The position numbers were made by a program, and so were the translations under genes. Under the pieces are notes generated by a model. The model was not told the DNA's origin. It searched no databases and worked only from the letters and a program-made list of their open reading frames with translations. From the NCBI GenBank assembly GCA_041663425.1, contig JBAYMS010000001.1, positions 8,884-72,883 on the forward strand: 64,000 nucleotides of DNA, read 5' to 3'. Positions 9,202 to 22,761 of this stretch are shown piece after piece (position 1 is the first letter of the stretch; the number at the start of each line of letters is the position of its first letter). Source of the stretch: Candidatus Omnitrophota bacterium (GTDB lineage: Bacteria; Omnitrophota; Gorgyraeia; 2-01-FULL-45-10).

Positions 9202-9717
9202 TTATTTCGCCCTTATAACCATATTTATAAACCGGCCTTCTTGTCTGGGCGGCTCTTCTATTTCGCCTATCTGGGAAATATCGCTCGATAATCTGTCCAG
9301 TATCTTTCTGCCAAGGTCGACGTGGGCCATTTCTCTGCCTTTAAACATCATCGTGACTTTCACTTTGTCGCCTCGTTTCAAAAAGTCTTCCAGATTTCTT
9401 ACTTTAAACTGGTAGTCGTGCTCTCCTATCTTAGGGCTTAGGCGTATTTCTTTAAGACGCACTACTTTTTGTTTTTTACGAGCCTCTTTTTCCCTCTTCT
9501 CCTGTTCGTATTTATACTTTGAGTAATCCATTATTCTGCAAACAGGCGGCACAGCTGTTGGCGCTACTTCGACCAGGTCCAGGCCCGCTTCTTCAGCTCT
9601 TTTTAATGCATCCGGTGTTGCTAATACTCCGAGCTGCTCGCCGGCTTCTCCGACAACCCTGACCTCCCTGACTCTTATCCGGTTATTGATCCTCAAGTCT
9701 TTCTTAGCGATAGTCAA
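9202..9717 (-). CDS. infC: translation initiation factor IF-3
   Basis: 171 aa with INNRIRVREVRVVGEAGEQLGV and the C-terminal IF3 domain. The start is TTG (revcomp of 9715-9717) and directly abuts the thrS stop at 9718-9720. Confidence 0.9.
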   Translation of the reverse strand: MTIAKKDLRINNRIRVREVRVVGEAGEQLGVLATPDALKRAEEAGLDLVEVAPTAVPPVCRIMDYSKYKYEQEKREKEARKKQKVVRLKEIRLSPKIGEHDYQFKVRNLEDFLKRGDKVKVTMMFKGREMAHVDLGRKILDRLSSDISQIGEIEEPPRQEGRFINMVIRAK

Positions 9718-11433
9718 TCACCTCACTTTCTCTTTGATCTCTTTATTTATCATCTGAATAAATTCTTCACCTGTCATTATACCCATATCTCCCTGAGCCT
9801 TAGACCTTATGGAAAGAACTTCTCCGGCGGCCTCTTTCTCGCCCACGATTATCATGTATGGGATCTTTTCAATCTCCGCATCCCGTATTTTTTTCTGCAA
9901 TCTTTCATTTCTGGAATCCAAAGAAACCCTTATATTCTGCTCAACCATATTCGCTTCAACTTTTTTCGCATAGCTGAGAGCTTTGTCAGATATCGGTATT
10001 ATAATACACTGAACCGGCGCAAGCCATAAGGGCATCGCACCCGCAAAATGTTCTATCAATGCGCCCATGAATCTTTCCAGAGAACCCAGTATTACCCTGT
10101 GAAGCATTATCGGGCGGTATTCTTTGCCGTCCTGGCCTATATATTTAAGGTTAAACCTCTCTGGAAGAGCGAAATCGCACTGGATCGTTGCGCACTGCCA
10201 TTCACGCTTAAGAGCATCTTTCAGTTTGATATCTATTTTGGGCCCGTAAAAAGCGCCGTCGCCTTCATTTATCGTGTAATTCAGGTATTTGCGTTTTAAT
10301 GCCTGGATCAGCGCCCGCTCAGCCGCTTCCCAGTCAGCATCGTTGCCTATAGATTTCTCCGGCCTGGTCGATACCTCGACGGAGAAATCCTCAAATCCAA
10401 AGACATTCAGAGTATCTATAACAAAGTTGATGACCTTTATTATCTCGTCCTCAACCTGATCTCTCAAACAGAATATGTGCGCATCATCCTGTGTAAATCC
10501 CCTGACCCTGAGAAGGCCGTGCAGAACTCCGGATTTTTCGTTTCTGTAAACAGTCCCCAGTTCAAAATATCTTAACGGCAGATCTTTGTAGCTTCTCGTT
10601 TTTGACCTGTAAACCAGGATGTGTCCCGGACAATTCATAGGCTTTATCGCATATTCCTGGCCCTCGATCTTGAACATGTACATATTTTCTTTATAATAAT
10701 CGTAATGGCCTGACTCTATCCAGATATCGCTCTTCATTATGTGCGGGCCCAGGACGAGCTCATAACCGCGCCTTAAATGCTCTCTTTTTATATAATCTTC
10801 TATGATGCTTCGAAGCCGCGCGCCTTTAGGATGATACAGCACTAACCCGGGACCAACCTCTTCATTGAAACTGAAATATTCCAGCTGCTTGCCAAGCACT
10901 CTGTGATCTCTCTTGCCGGCTTCTTCCAGGAGCGTCAAATAGCTCTGCAGCTCGTTTTCTGTTTCAAAAGCTGTCCCGTATATTCTCTGCAGCATCGGGT
11001 TGGTTTCTATACCGTGCCAATATGCTCCGGCTATCGAAAGCAATTTAAAAGCTTTTATCTGCCCTGTTGATTCAATGTGCGGCCCGCGGCACAGGTCTAT
11101 AAAATCTCCGTCCTGATATATGGTGACAACGGCTTCGGGGATTTTTTCGATTAACTCAACTTTATATTTCTCTTTTAATTTTTTAAAAAGCTTTATCGCC
11201 TCAGCCTTTTTCATCTCTTTTTTTTCAAACTTATAGTCTTTTTTTATGATCTCCTGCATCCTGTTCTCTATAAGCTCTATATCTTCCGGCGTGAAGGGAT
11301 CTTCCATGTCAAAATCGTAATAGAAACCATCTTCAATAGACGGCCCTATGGCAAGTTTTGCGTCGGGCCATAAACTTTTTACCGCCTGCGCCATAACGTG
11401 TGCAGTAGAATGTCTTAGTGTTGCTAAATCCAT
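9718..11433 (-). CDS. thrS: threonine--tRNA ligase (no TGS domain)
   Basis: Class II ThrRS motifs and the editing-domain HSTAHV motif lie right at the N-terminus. The ORF track extends to 11514. I prefer Met28 (MDLATLRHSTAHV) at 11433, but the start is uncertain. Confidence 0.88.
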   Translation of the reverse strand: MDLATLRHSTAHVMAQAVKSLWPDAKLAIGPSIEDGFYYDFDMEDPFTPEDIELIENRMQEIIKKDYKFEKKEMKKAEAIKLFKKLKEKYKVELIEKIPEAVVTIYQDGDFIDLCRGPHIESTGQIKAFKLLSIAGAYWHGIETNPMLQRIYGTAFETENELQSYLTLLEEAGKRDHRVLGKQLEYFSFNEEVGPGLVLYHPKGARLRSIIEDYIKREHLRRGYELVLGPHIMKSDIWIESGHYDYYKENMYMFKIEGQEYAIKPMNCPGHILVYRSKTRSYKDLPLRYFELGTVYRNEKSGVLHGLLRVRGFTQDDAHIFCLRDQVEDEIIKVINFVIDTLNVFGFEDFSVEVSTRPEKSIGNDADWEAAERALIQALKRKYLNYTINEGDGAFYGPKIDIKLKDALKREWQCATIQCDFALPERFNLKYIGQDGKEYRPIMLHRVILGSLERFMGALIEHFAGAMPLWLAPVQCIIIPISDKALSYAKKVEANMVEQNIRVSLDSRNERLQKKIRDAEIEKIPYMIIVGEKEAAGEVLSIRSKAQGDMGIMTGEEFIQMINKEIKEKVR

Positions 11434-11526
11434 ATACAATCTTTCTATTTTTTGTAGCCCCTCATCCTCATGAGCTAAACCGTATAGACCCGGGATAATC
11501 TTGCCCGAGCACAACTACGGCAAAAC

Positions 11527-11613
11527 TGGTGCCGGGAGGGGGGGTCGAACCCCCGTGGCCTTGCGGCCGAGGGATTTTAAGTCCCTTGCGTCTGCCAATT
11601 CCGCCATCCCGGC
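11527..11613 (-). tRNA. tRNA-Leu (anticodon TAA), long variable arm, encoded CCA
   Basis: Revcomp reads GCCGGGATGGCGGAATTGGCAGACGCAAGGGACTTAAAATCCCTCGGCCGCAAGGCCACGGGGGTTCGACCCCCCCTCCCGGCACCA. The acceptor stem pairs GCCGGGA/TCCCGGC. The anticodon loop is CTTAAAA and the T-loop is GTTCGA. Confidence 0.85.
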
Positions 11614-11928
11614 GTATTTATATCGTTCCCGGTCTTTTAAGGAAAATCACATAGACTTCCCAAGCACACAAAAGATATAAGATGCTAGGGATGATTTGTC
11701 TGGCTGAGATGACAGCAAATCACGAGACAGCTTCGCTATATTTACTATTTAAGCGGAACCGGTAGTAAAAAAAACACCTGCTCCTACAAAATTATCCTTA
11801 AATTCGTAAGCGCTATTATATAATTATTAATAATAATAGGCAAGGTTTTTCTCGATTAATAGAGGCGGGCCGGTGATATGTGGTCCAGAATGCTGAAATA
11901 CTTAAAAACAATGGGTATTTAACAAAAT

Positions 11929-12006
11929 TGGCGTCCCCATGGGGATTCGAACCCCAGTCGTCAGAATGAAAATCTGATGTCCTAGGCCAGGCTAGACGAT
12001 GGGGAC
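11929..12006 (-). tRNA. tRNA-Glu (anticodon TTC), encoded CCA
   Basis: Revcomp reads GTCCCCATCGTCTAGCCTGGCCTAGGACATCAGATTTTCATTCTGACGACTGGGGTTCGAATCCCCATGGGGACGCCA. It closely resembles the E. coli tRNA-Glu framework. The anticodon loop is TTTTCAT. Confidence 0.85.
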
Positions 12007-12017
12007 GCTCTTAAAAT

Positions 12018-14606
12018 TTACTTCTTCCGCTTTATCGTTTTCTTCTTGCTCTTGTCTTCTGTCTTCTTAGGCTCAGGCTTAACTTCTTTATCAACCTCTG
12101 CCGATACTTCTTCCTTAAGCTCTGTTTTTACAGTTTCTGGCTTAACAGGCTCTGCTTTAACCGGTTCTATTTTTTCGCTTTCATCTTCAGGAACTATTTT
12201 TGCTACAGACGCTACTTTGTCACCTGCATCCAGCCTCATCAGCCGGACACCTTGCGTAGAGCGGCCTGTGCTGCGGATATCTTTTATCGGGCAACGGACT
12301 ATCATGCCTTTTTCGGTCATGAGTATTATTTCATCTTTATCTGAAACGGTTGTAAGGCCTACCGCTTCACCGTTTTTACCCGTAACTTTGATATTTATAA
12401 TACCTTTTCCGCCCCTAGATTGCAACCTATATTCTTTAAATGAAGTTCTTTTGCCAAACCCCTGTCCCGTCACTGTCAGGACCGTCTGGTCGGCACGGAC
12501 AACTTCCATAGCAATACACTCATCTTTTTTGCCCAGAGTTACACCCTTAACACCCTTGGCTGCCCTGCCCATATCGCGCACTTGAGACTCTTTAAATCTT
12601 ATGGCCTTGCCTTCTTTGGTCGCCATCAGAAGCTCATCGTCGCCGGAAGTCATCTCTACTTCAATAAGCGCGTCATCTTTTTCAAGACCAATACCGATGA
12701 TGCCGCCTTTTCTCGGATTTGAGTAGGCTGTAAGAGCTGTTTTCTTGATAAGGCCGTTCTTTGTGCACATCATCAGGAAGCTGCCTTCTTTAAATTCTCT
12801 CACAGGCACAAATGCACTGATCTTCTCTCCTGCAACAAGCGAAAGCATATTCACTATCGCTTTGCCTTTGGATAGCCTACCGCCTTCGGGGATCTCATGA
12901 ACTTTGAGCCAGCGGACAGTGCCTTTATCACTGAAAAACAGCATATAGTCGTGGGTCGAGGCAATAAATAAGTGTTCGACAAAATCTTCTTCCTTCATAT
13001 CCGCACCGGTCACACCTTTACCGCCGCGATGCTGCTTTTTGTAACTGGAAACAGGGAGCCTCTTTATATAACCTGAGTGGCTAATCGTTACTACCACATC
13101 CTCTTCGGCTATCAGGTCTTCTATTTCCAGCTCTTCGGCCTCAGGCGCTACTTCCGTCCTTCTTTCATCGCCGAACTTTTCAGACAAAGCATTCATTTCT
13201 TCTTTTATGATCTCAAGGACTTTTTTCTCGCTCGCAAGAATAGATTTCAGGAATTCGATCTTCTTTATAAGTTCCAGGTATTCTTTTTCTATCTTGTCGC
13301 GTTCCAGGCCTGTCAGACGCTGTAATTGCATTTCAAGGATCGCCGTTGCCTGTTTTTCGGATAGCCCAAATTTTTTCATCAGCTCTACTTTAGCTATCTG
13401 CGGATTTGCCGATTCTTTTATAACTTTTATGATCTTTTCGAGATTGTCCAGCGCTATCTTTAATCCCTCAAGGATGTGCGCCCTATCCTGGGCTTTCGCA
13501 AGTTCAAATTTAGTTCTCCGGACAATTACTATTTTCCGGTGTTTTATAAATTCATCCAGAATTTCTTTCAGATTTAAAACTTTTGGTCTGCCGCCGACTA
13601 GCGCCAGCATAATAACACCGAAAGTTTCCTGCATCTGTGTATGTTTATACAGCTGATTCAATACGACATGCGCATTAGCACCGCGTTTCAGATCTATCAC
13701 TATCCGCATTCCGTCCTTATCGGATTCATCCCGCAAATCGGAAATGCCCTCTATTTTTTTATCTTGGATCAGGTCTGCTATAGATTTAATAAGATTTGCT
13801 TTATTGACCTGATATGGGATCTCTTTAACTATAATGGCTTCCTTGCCGCTCTTCTGTTCTTCGATGAAAGCCTTCGCATTTATTTTAAGACGCCCCCGCC
13901 CTGTCGTATATGCGTTCTTTATGCCGTCATAACCGCGGATTATTCCGCCCGTCGGGAAATCAGGTCCTTTTACTTTTTTTAGAAGGTCTTTCGATTCGCA
14001 CTCAGGATTGTCTATCACATAAATAACCGCGTCACATATCTCTCTTAAGTTGTGCGGAGGGATATTGGTTGCCATACCAACAGCTATGCCGCTCGATCCG
14101 TTAACCAGAAGATACGGCAGGCATGTGGGAAGAAGCGACGGCTCCTGAAGCGACCCGTCAAAGTTCGGAACAAAATCTACAGTGTCTTTTTCGATATCGA
14201 GAAGCATCTGATCGGTTATATGTTCAAGGCGCGCTTCCGTATACCTCATAGCAGCCGCGGAATCACCGTCTATCGAACCGAAATTTCCCTGCCCGTCAAC
14301 TAAAGGATAACGCAACGAAAAATCCTGTGCTAAACGCACAAGGGTCTCGTAAACCGCACTATCGCCATGCGGATGATATTTACCTAAAACTTCTCCGACT
14401 ATTCTTGCGCATTTTTTATATGGCTTAGTATGTTCTAGGCTAAGTTCCTTCATCGCGTAGAGGACTCTCCTGTGAACCGGCTTCAACCCGTCGCGAACGT
14501 CCGGCAGTGCGCGGCCGACAATAACGCTCATCGCGTAATTGATATACGAATCTTTCATCTCTTCTTCTATGTATCTCGGTAATACTTTTTCGTTACGTGT
14601 ATACAT
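12018..14606 (-). CDS. gyrA: DNA gyrase subunit A
   Basis: 862 aa. Catalytic region [10 protein letters not shown] and GyrA-box-like QHRGGKG. The C-terminal ~55 aa form a Lys/Glu/Pro-rich tail ([22 protein letters not shown]...KKKTIKRKK). Confidence 0.95.
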   Translation of the reverse strand: MYTRNEKVLPRYIEEEMKDSYINYAMSVIVGRALPDVRDGLKPVHRRVLYAMKELSLEHTKPYKKCARIVGEVLGKYHPHGDSAVYETLVRLAQDFSLRYPLVDGQGNFGSIDGDSAAAMRYTEARLEHITDQMLLDIEKDTVDFVPNFDGSLQEPSLLPTCLPYLLVNGSSGIAVGMATNIPPHNLREICDAVIYVIDNPECESKDLLKKVKGPDFPTGGIIRGYDGIKNAYTTGRGRLKINAKAFIEEQKSGKEAIIVKEIPYQVNKANLIKSIADLIQDKKIEGISDLRDESDKDGMRIVIDLKRGANAHVVLNQLYKHTQMQETFGVIMLALVGGRPKVLNLKEILDEFIKHRKIVIVRRTKFELAKAQDRAHILEGLKIALDNLEKIIKVIKESANPQIAKVELMKKFGLSEKQATAILEMQLQRLTGLERDKIEKEYLELIKKIEFLKSILASEKKVLEIIKEEMNALSEKFGDERRTEVAPEAEELEIEDLIAEEDVVVTISHSGYIKRLPVSSYKKQHRGGKGVTGADMKEEDFVEHLFIASTHDYMLFFSDKGTVRWLKVHEIPEGGRLSKGKAIVNMLSLVAGEKISAFVPVREFKEGSFLMMCTKNGLIKKTALTAYSNPRKGGIIGIGLEKDDALIEVEMTSGDDELLMATKEGKAIRFKESQVRDMGRAAKGVKGVTLGKKDECIAMEVVRADQTVLTVTGQGFGKRTSFKEYRLQSRGGKGIINIKVTGKNGEAVGLTTVSDKDEIILMTEKGMIVRCPIKDIRSTGRSTQGVRLMRLDAGDKVASVAKIVPEDESEKIEPVKAEPVKPETVKTELKEEVSAEVDKEVKPEPKKTEDKSKKKTIKRKK

Positions 14607-14625
14607 TTTCTCTCCTGAAATTTTT

Positions 14626-17392
<2,767 letters not shown>

Positions 17393-17396
<4 letters not shown>

Positions 17397-18490
17397 GTGA
17401 TTTGCATTGGAAGGACTACATATATATATTCGGCACCTATTCTAACAACGCCCGGTTTTTCCGGGTCGGTTACCTCGAAAGCGATTTTTTCAATTTCAGT
17501 ATTTTTTAAAAAGTCTATTAAGTAATTGGGATTGAACCCGACAGATATTTCCTTACCTTTATATTCTGCATCTATCTCTACCCGCGCCTCCCCTAAATAC
17601 GGTGTGCTTTTAGAGATCACCACTTTATCCTTACCGAGATCCATTTTTATTGCCGCGGAATCCTGGTTCGTAAACAAAGCTGCTCTTTTAACTGCCGATA
17701 AGAATATGTTTTTAGATAAGATTATTTTATCTTTGGCTTCTTTTGGTATAACCTGCTCGTAATTAGGGAATTCTCCCTCTATTAATCGTGATACAAGCCG
17801 CGTTTTACCCATATCAAAAAATATCTGGTTCTCGCTGAAACATATTTTAACTTCGCCGTCATCACCCAATGATTTATCAAGCTCATTAACAGCTTTTGTC
17901 GGCACTATAAATTTACGTTCAAGTGTTTTTGGTAATTGTAGCTTATCCTCAACCATTGCAAGACGTCTTCCGTCTGTAGCAACAAGTCTTATATATGTAG
18001 GTTTTATTACAAACAGAACTCCATTTAAAACATATCTGGATTCATCGTGGCTTATTGCGAATGATGTAAGCTTCATCATTGATTTTAGTTTTTTTTGCTG
18101 CAGCACCAAAGATTCTTTATCTTTAAATTCTGGCAGTTGTGGAAATTCTTCTTTTGGCAACCCCATTATTTTAAACACACTTTTCCCGCATTCAATGTTT
18201 ACGAGATTGTTTTTTTTCACCGAAACTGATATAGGTTCACCGTCAGGTAGTTCCTTAACTATATCTGAGAATTTTTTTGCAGGTATTGTTATAGCTCCGG
18301 TTATTTGTGGTTTTAGAGTTATTTTTGATGTTATTCCTATATCAAGATCTGTTGTTGTTAGTATTAAATTATCTTCCGTTGCTTCTATAAGAATGTTTGA
18401 TAGTATAGGAAGACTTGATTTTGAGCTTATAGCAGATTGAACTTCTTGGATACCTTTTAATAGCACATCTTTCGTTGTATTAAATTTCAT
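17393..18490 (-). CDS. dnaN: DNA polymerase III beta sliding clamp
   Basis: 365 aa, MKFNTTKDVLLKGIQEVQSAIS N-terminus and three-domain length. Located directly downstream of dnaA. Confidence 0.92.
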
Positions 18491-18722
18491 CCCAAAAAAT
18501 CTCCCAAATTTATTCAGCCAAGGTGTCGGCTAAGTGTCGATATCCACCGATATCAACCTTCTATTACAAAACCTTATTTAATTTAAAAGTAACAGAATTA
18601 GTAGAGCCTGTTGATAAGTTAGTAACTTTTTAATATATTGCAAAATAACGACTTAAAAACAATTAAAACCAGCCGGAACCTATAAAACTTATCAACACAA
18701 CTAACAACATATACCCAAAAAG
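18491..18722. other. AT-rich dnaA-dnaN intergenic region with DnaA-box-like sites (candidate oriC part)
   Basis: TTATCAACA, one mismatch from TTATCCACA, occurs twice in inverted orientation: 18609-18617 (as TGTTGATAA) and 18689-18697. Surrounding sequence is AT-rich. Confidence 0.45.
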
Positions 18723-20096
18723 TTAATTCTTAATGCTTTGTATCAACTTATCCACTATCGTCTTTAAACCAGTTTTATTTTTTAGTTCGTTTTCAATTTT
18801 TTCACAGGCATGGATAACGGTTGTGTGATCCCTGCCGCCAAACTGGTCGCCGATTTCAGGAAGAGAAAAATCGGTCAATTGCCTGGCCAGATACATTGCG
18901 ATCTGTCTCGGGTATGCGATTGCCTTGCTTCTTTTCTTCGCCCGCATATCTGAAAGCTTTATATCAAAATATTCAGCGACTTTTTTCTGGATGAGATCGA
19001 TCGTTATTTTTTTCTCACCCTCTATTATCATATCTTTTAAAACTTCTTTAGCCAGCTCAACAGAAACGTCCTTGCCGATAAGTTTCGCATATGCAACTAC
19101 CCGGATCAGCGCACCCTCAAGCTCTCTTATGTTTGTCTTTACTTTCTCAGCTAAAAAATAAAACACATCTTCTGATAATGCTATCGTTTCCTTCTCGGAT
19201 TTCTTTTTCAGTATCGCGGTGCGCGTTTCGAAATCCGGCGGCTGGATGTCAGTCACAAGCCCCCACTCAAACCTTGAAATAAGGCGCTCTTCAAGAGACT
19301 GTATCTCTTTCGGAGGGCGGTCGCTTGTAACCACTATCTGTTTATGTGCATCATAAAGAGCGTTAAAGGTGTGGAAGAATTCTTCCTGGGTTGATTCCTT
19401 ACCCGCTATGAATTGTATATCATCTATAAGAAGAATGTCAACATTGCGGTACTTTTCTCTGAACTTCTGCGTCGAGCGATTCTGTATCGAGCTTATAAGC
19501 TGATTTGTAAATTCTTCACTCGAAATATACAGAACTTTTGATTTGGGTGTTTTGTGCAGAGCGCTTTGTCCGATAGCATGCATCAGGTGGGTCTTTCCGA
19601 GCCCGACGCCGCCGTATATAAAAAGAGGGTTGTATGCTTTTGCCGGCGACTCAGAAACAGCCATTGATGCCGCATGCGCAAACCTGTTGCTCGGACCTAT
19701 GACAAAACTGTCAAAAGTGTATTTTGGGCTCAATCCTATTTCTTTAGCTGTGTCCGACGCCTGCCTTACAAAAGGCCAGAAAGGTTTGGATTCTTTTTTC
19801 TGCTCTTCCGGTTTAATTTTTTTAGCCGTATCATCTTCAGGTTTTTCACACAAGACAAAATCTATACGCACTTCTTTACCGACAACTTTTTTTACAGACT
19901 CTGTAAGAAGCGGCATGTAACGATCGAGCAGCCATACCTGGAAAAATTTATTCGGCACTTCCAATAAAATAGCTTCATCTGAAAGAGAGATGAATTTTAT
20001 AGGGCTGAACCATATGTTGTAGGTCTGATCATTTGAGAGATCTTTTTTAATGATCTCCAAAGCCATAGACCAGATAGAGGTATTGTCTGATGTCAC
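18723..20096 (-). CDS. dnaA: chromosomal replication initiator DnaA
   Basis: 457 aa with a GTG start. Walker A GGVGLGKTHL, AAA+ core and C-terminal DNA-binding domain (GGRDHTTVIHA). Confidence 0.95.
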   Translation of the reverse strand: MTSDNTSIWSMALEIIKKDLSNDQTYNIWFSPIKFISLSDEAILLEVPNKFFQVWLLDRYMPLLTESVKKVVGKEVRIDFVLCEKPEDDTAKKIKPEEQKKESKPFWPFVRQASDTAKEIGLSPKYTFDSFVIGPSNRFAHAASMAVSESPAKAYNPLFIYGGVGLGKTHLMHAIGQSALHKTPKSKVLYISSEEFTNQLISSIQNRSTQKFREKYRNVDILLIDDIQFIAGKESTQEEFFHTFNALYDAHKQIVVTSDRPPKEIQSLEERLISRFEWGLVTDIQPPDFETRTAILKKKSEKETIALSEDVFYFLAEKVKTNIRELEGALIRVVAYAKLIGKDVSVELAKEVLKDMIIEGEKKITIDLIQKKVAEYFDIKLSDMRAKKRSKAIAYPRQIAMYLARQLTDFSLPEIGDQFGGRDHTTVIHACEKIENELKNKTGLKTIVDKLIQSIKN

Positions 20097-20327
20097 GGAA
20101 TGCCTTTAGTTTACGGAATTAATGTTATCCACAGCTAAACAAGCACGGTTTCAACACAAAACCGAAAGTTATGCACAAGTTGTGCACAACCGTTTTCAGC
20201 ATTGGGACACCATTATAATGAATGAAATAGGTTTTTGCAACACAAAAGATATATTTTTTGTTGACGGAATTATTTGTTATGATATAATTACGATACCGAA
20301 AGTGTCTAAAATTAGAAAGGGACAACA
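20097..20327. other. DnaA-box cluster upstream of dnaA, shared with the rpmH promoter (candidate oriC / dnaA autoregulatory region)
   Basis: Perfect TTATCCACA at 20125-20133, TTATGCACA at 20169-20177 and TTGTGCACA at 20180-20188. An rpmH promoter-like TTGACG-N16-TGaTATAAT lies near 20260-20290. Confidence 0.6.
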
Positions 20328-20465
20328 ATGAAATACGGATTAACATGCAAATCGAACCTAAAACGTAAACGAAAACATGGTTTCAGGAAACGAATGAAAG
20401 ACCGTTGGGGCAGAGAAGTGCTTAAAAGGCGCAGACAGAAAGGCCGGCACAAGCTTACTGTATGA
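20328..20465 (+). CDS. rpmH: 50S ribosomal protein L34
   Basis: Below the ORF-track size cutoff. Translated by hand: [45 protein letters not shown]. It has the L34 signature (KRKR.HGFR.RM) and overlaps the rnpA start (ATGA). Confidence 0.85.
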   Translation: MKYGLTCKSNLKRKRKHGFRKRMKDRWGREVLKRRRQKGRHKLTV

Positions 20466-20821
20466 TCTCCGACGAGAGATTCTGTAAAAAAGAACATATT
20501 CTCAAGTCAAAAGAGTTCAGTAAAGTATATAAAAAAGGATCGGCAGGCAGGATAAGCGGAGTTGTTTTGTATTGCCTGGAAAATAAGCTTGAGCACAATC
20601 GTTTGGGTTTTTCAATAGGGTCAAAAAATATTAAGCGCGCCACGTCCCGCAACCGCATACGAAGGTTGTTTAGAGAAGCTTACCGGAAAAATAAACGTAA
20701 ATTTAAGTGCGGCTTTGATATTGTTATGGTAGTGCGAAAAGACCTGCACAAGGATCTGACTTACAATTCCGCAGAAGCCGCTTTTTTGAAACTTGCTAAA
20801 GAGGTAAATCTGGCGGTATAA
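20462..20821 (+). CDS. rnpA: ribonuclease P protein component
   Basis: 119 aa, basic, with an RNR-like motif ([11 protein letters not shown]). Sits in the canonical rpmH-rnpA-yidD-yidC order. Confidence 0.85.
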   Translation: MISDERFCKKEHILKSKEFSKVYKKGSAGRISGVVLYCLENKLEHNRLGFSIGSKNIKRATSRNRIRRLFREAYRKNKRKFKCGFDIVMVVRKDLHKDLTYNSAEAAFLKLAKEVNLAV

Positions 20822-20837
20822 AAATCAGCGCGGGCAT

Positions 20838-21047
20838 ATGAAAAAAGTAGTAATTTTCCTATTAAATTTTTATCGTAAATATCTATCCCCATTGAAGTTG
20901 CAATGTTGTAGGTTCTATCCAACCTGCTCACAATATACTGTAGAATCCGTTGAGAAATACGGGGTTTTAAGAGGTTTGTTAAAAGGTGCAAAACGTATCC
21001 TTAGGTGCCATCCTTTTGCTAAGGGCGGATACGATCCAGTAGCATAG
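20838..21047 (+). CDS. yidD: membrane protein insertion efficiency factor YidD
   Basis: 69 aa with the YRKYLSP...[10 protein letters not shown] motif. Confidence 0.85.
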   Translation: MKKVVIFLLNFYRKYLSPLKLQCCRFYPTCSQYTVESVEKYGVLRGLLKGAKRILRCHPFAKGGYDPVA

Positions 21048-21077
21048 TCCTAAAAGGCGTGCTTAAAAAGGAGATCG

Positions 21078-22664
21078 ATGGAAAAGAAGCTTATAACAGC
21101 AATAGCATTATCGATATTAATCATCGTAACATTCCAGTATTTTTCGCCAAAACCAACTCCTCCCCCAGCCGTTCAGGTGCAAGGTGAAGCAGGCGCTATA
21201 AAGAAAGAGATCGAGGTCATACCTGTAGCTGAGCCAAAGAATTTACCCGAAGAGAAAGAAACCGAAGTCGTAACCGGTAAATATATTTTTACATTTAGTA
21301 ACATCGGCGGGTCAATTAAGGAAATAAAGCTGGTTGACTATAAAGCGCTTGATTCTAAAGAACCTTTAAAATTAGTAGAAATAATAAATCCAAAAGATTA
21401 TATTTTTAATATAAGTAACATTAAAGGCACAGAAGTGCTGGACCTTGCCGGATATAATTTAAAAGGTAATGGTTCGGATCTGATATATGTGCTTACCACA
21501 AAAGATTTTGAGATACGGAAGAAATATATTTTACGTAAGTCAAGCTATGGCATAGACTTAGAGCTAAATATAAAAAACATTTCGGGCACCCCGAAAGAAT
21601 TTTCATATAGCATAATAAGCGGTGCAGGCCTTACCGAAAAGAGCGAACAGGATAAGAGGCTTATAGAAGCATCGGCAAATATCAATGGGAAGATGGTTGT
21701 GAGCAAACGGCCAAAACCAGGTGAGCGCACAACAAACTATGGTATAGCGGTATGGCAAGCGCTGAAAAATAAATATTTTTCGGTTATTTTGAAGCCATTC
21801 GCACAAACAAGCAGTGTTTATTCCACGGAAGACAACTCCGGTAATCTAATAATTGGTGTAAATGTTGAAAAGACCATAATACAACCAGGAGAGTCGATAG
21901 AAAATAAATATAGTTTATATGCCGGCCCAAGCAGCATACCAGACATGAAGGAGTTTGGATATGGCATAGAAGAATCTGTCAATTATGGATTTTTTGGCGG
22001 GATAAGTAAGATTTTAATAGTTGTGATGAGAATGTGCCACATGGCAGTTCGTAATTGGGGACTATCGATTATTCTTTTATCAGTGCTGCTGAACCTTGTA
22101 ACGCTTCCTCTTACCATGAAAAGTTTTAAATCCATGCAAAAGATGCAAGAATTGCATCCGCAAATGGAAAAACTAAAAGGGCAGTATAAAGACCAGCCTC
22201 AAAAGTTGAATAAAGAGATAATGGAGCTTTACAAAAAGTACAATATAAATCCGTTCAGCGGATGCCTACCTATATTGTTGCAGATGCCTATATTCATCGC
22301 TCTGTATCAAGCGCTGATGAAATCGATAGAACTTAGAAACGCGGGATTCCTATGGATTCGCGACTTATCATCGCCAGAGGCTATCCCTATCCCCATTTCA
22401 TTGCCAATAATAGGCAACACTATAAATATTTTACCGCTACTTATGGTTGGAGCGATGGTCGTTCAGCAAAAAATTTCAACCGCATCAGCCGGTTCGGCCA
22501 TTACCGAAGAGCAGAAGCAGCAGCAAAAAATAATGCTGATTGTTATGCCAATAATGTTCGGATTTATATTTTACAATATGCCGTCGGGATTAGTTTTATA
22601 CTGGATAGTAAATACTATCCTGACGATCACCGAACAAGCTTCGATATTACGTAAAGAAGCATGA
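21078..22664 (+). CDS. yidC: membrane protein insertase YidC
   Basis: 528 aa. N-terminal TM helix, periplasmic domain and conserved C-terminal core (PILLQMPIFIALY, NMPSGLVLYWIVN). Confidence 0.9.
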   Translation: MEKKLITAIALSILIIVTFQYFSPKPTPPPAVQVQGEAGAIKKEIEVIPVAEPKNLPEEKETEVVTGKYIFTFSNIGGSIKEIKLVDYKALDSKEPLKLVEIINPKDYIFNISNIKGTEVLDLAGYNLKGNGSDLIYVLTTKDFEIRKKYILRKSSYGIDLELNIKNISGTPKEFSYSIISGAGLTEKSEQDKRLIEASANINGKMVVSKRPKPGERTTNYGIAVWQALKNKYFSVILKPFAQTSSVYSTEDNSGNLIIGVNVEKTIIQPGESIENKYSLYAGPSSIPDMKEFGYGIEESVNYGFFGGISKILIVVMRMCHMAVRNWGLSIILLSVLLNLVTLPLTMKSFKSMQKMQELHPQMEKLKGQYKDQPQKLNKEIMELYKKYNINPFSGCLPILLQMPIFIALYQALMKSIELRNAGFLWIRDLSSPEAIPIPISLPIIGNTINILPLLMVGAMVVQQKISTASAGSAITEEQKQQQKIMLIVMPIMFGFIFYNMPSGLVLYWIVNTILTITEQASILRKEA

Positions 22665-22717
22665 GCTTGGCGAATGCCTTGACAAACATGTTTTTATGAG
22701 GTATAGTTAAGAAAAAT

Positions 22718-22749
22718 AGTTCCACGTGGAAATTGTTCCACGGGGAACA
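22718..22749. promoter_or_regulatory. two abutting parS-like sites
   Basis: AGTTCCACGTGGAAAT (22718-22733) contains the perfect 12-bp palindrome TTCCACGTGGAA. TGTTCCACGGGGAACA (22734-22749) has one mismatch to the TGTTCCACGTGGAACA parS consensus. Both lie 13 nt upstream of the parA ATG. Confidence 0.65.
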
Positions 22750-22761
22750 ATTTCAGGGAAA

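Noticed and set aside
20125-20658. Track ORFs 20122-20331(+), 20125-20346(-), 20312-20497(-) and 20455-20658(-) in the dnaA-rpmH-rnpA region.
   Set aside because: They overlap the DnaA-box/promoter region, or lie antisense to rpmH/rnpA. They have no motifs. The region is better explained by oriC elements plus the hand-translated L34 gene.
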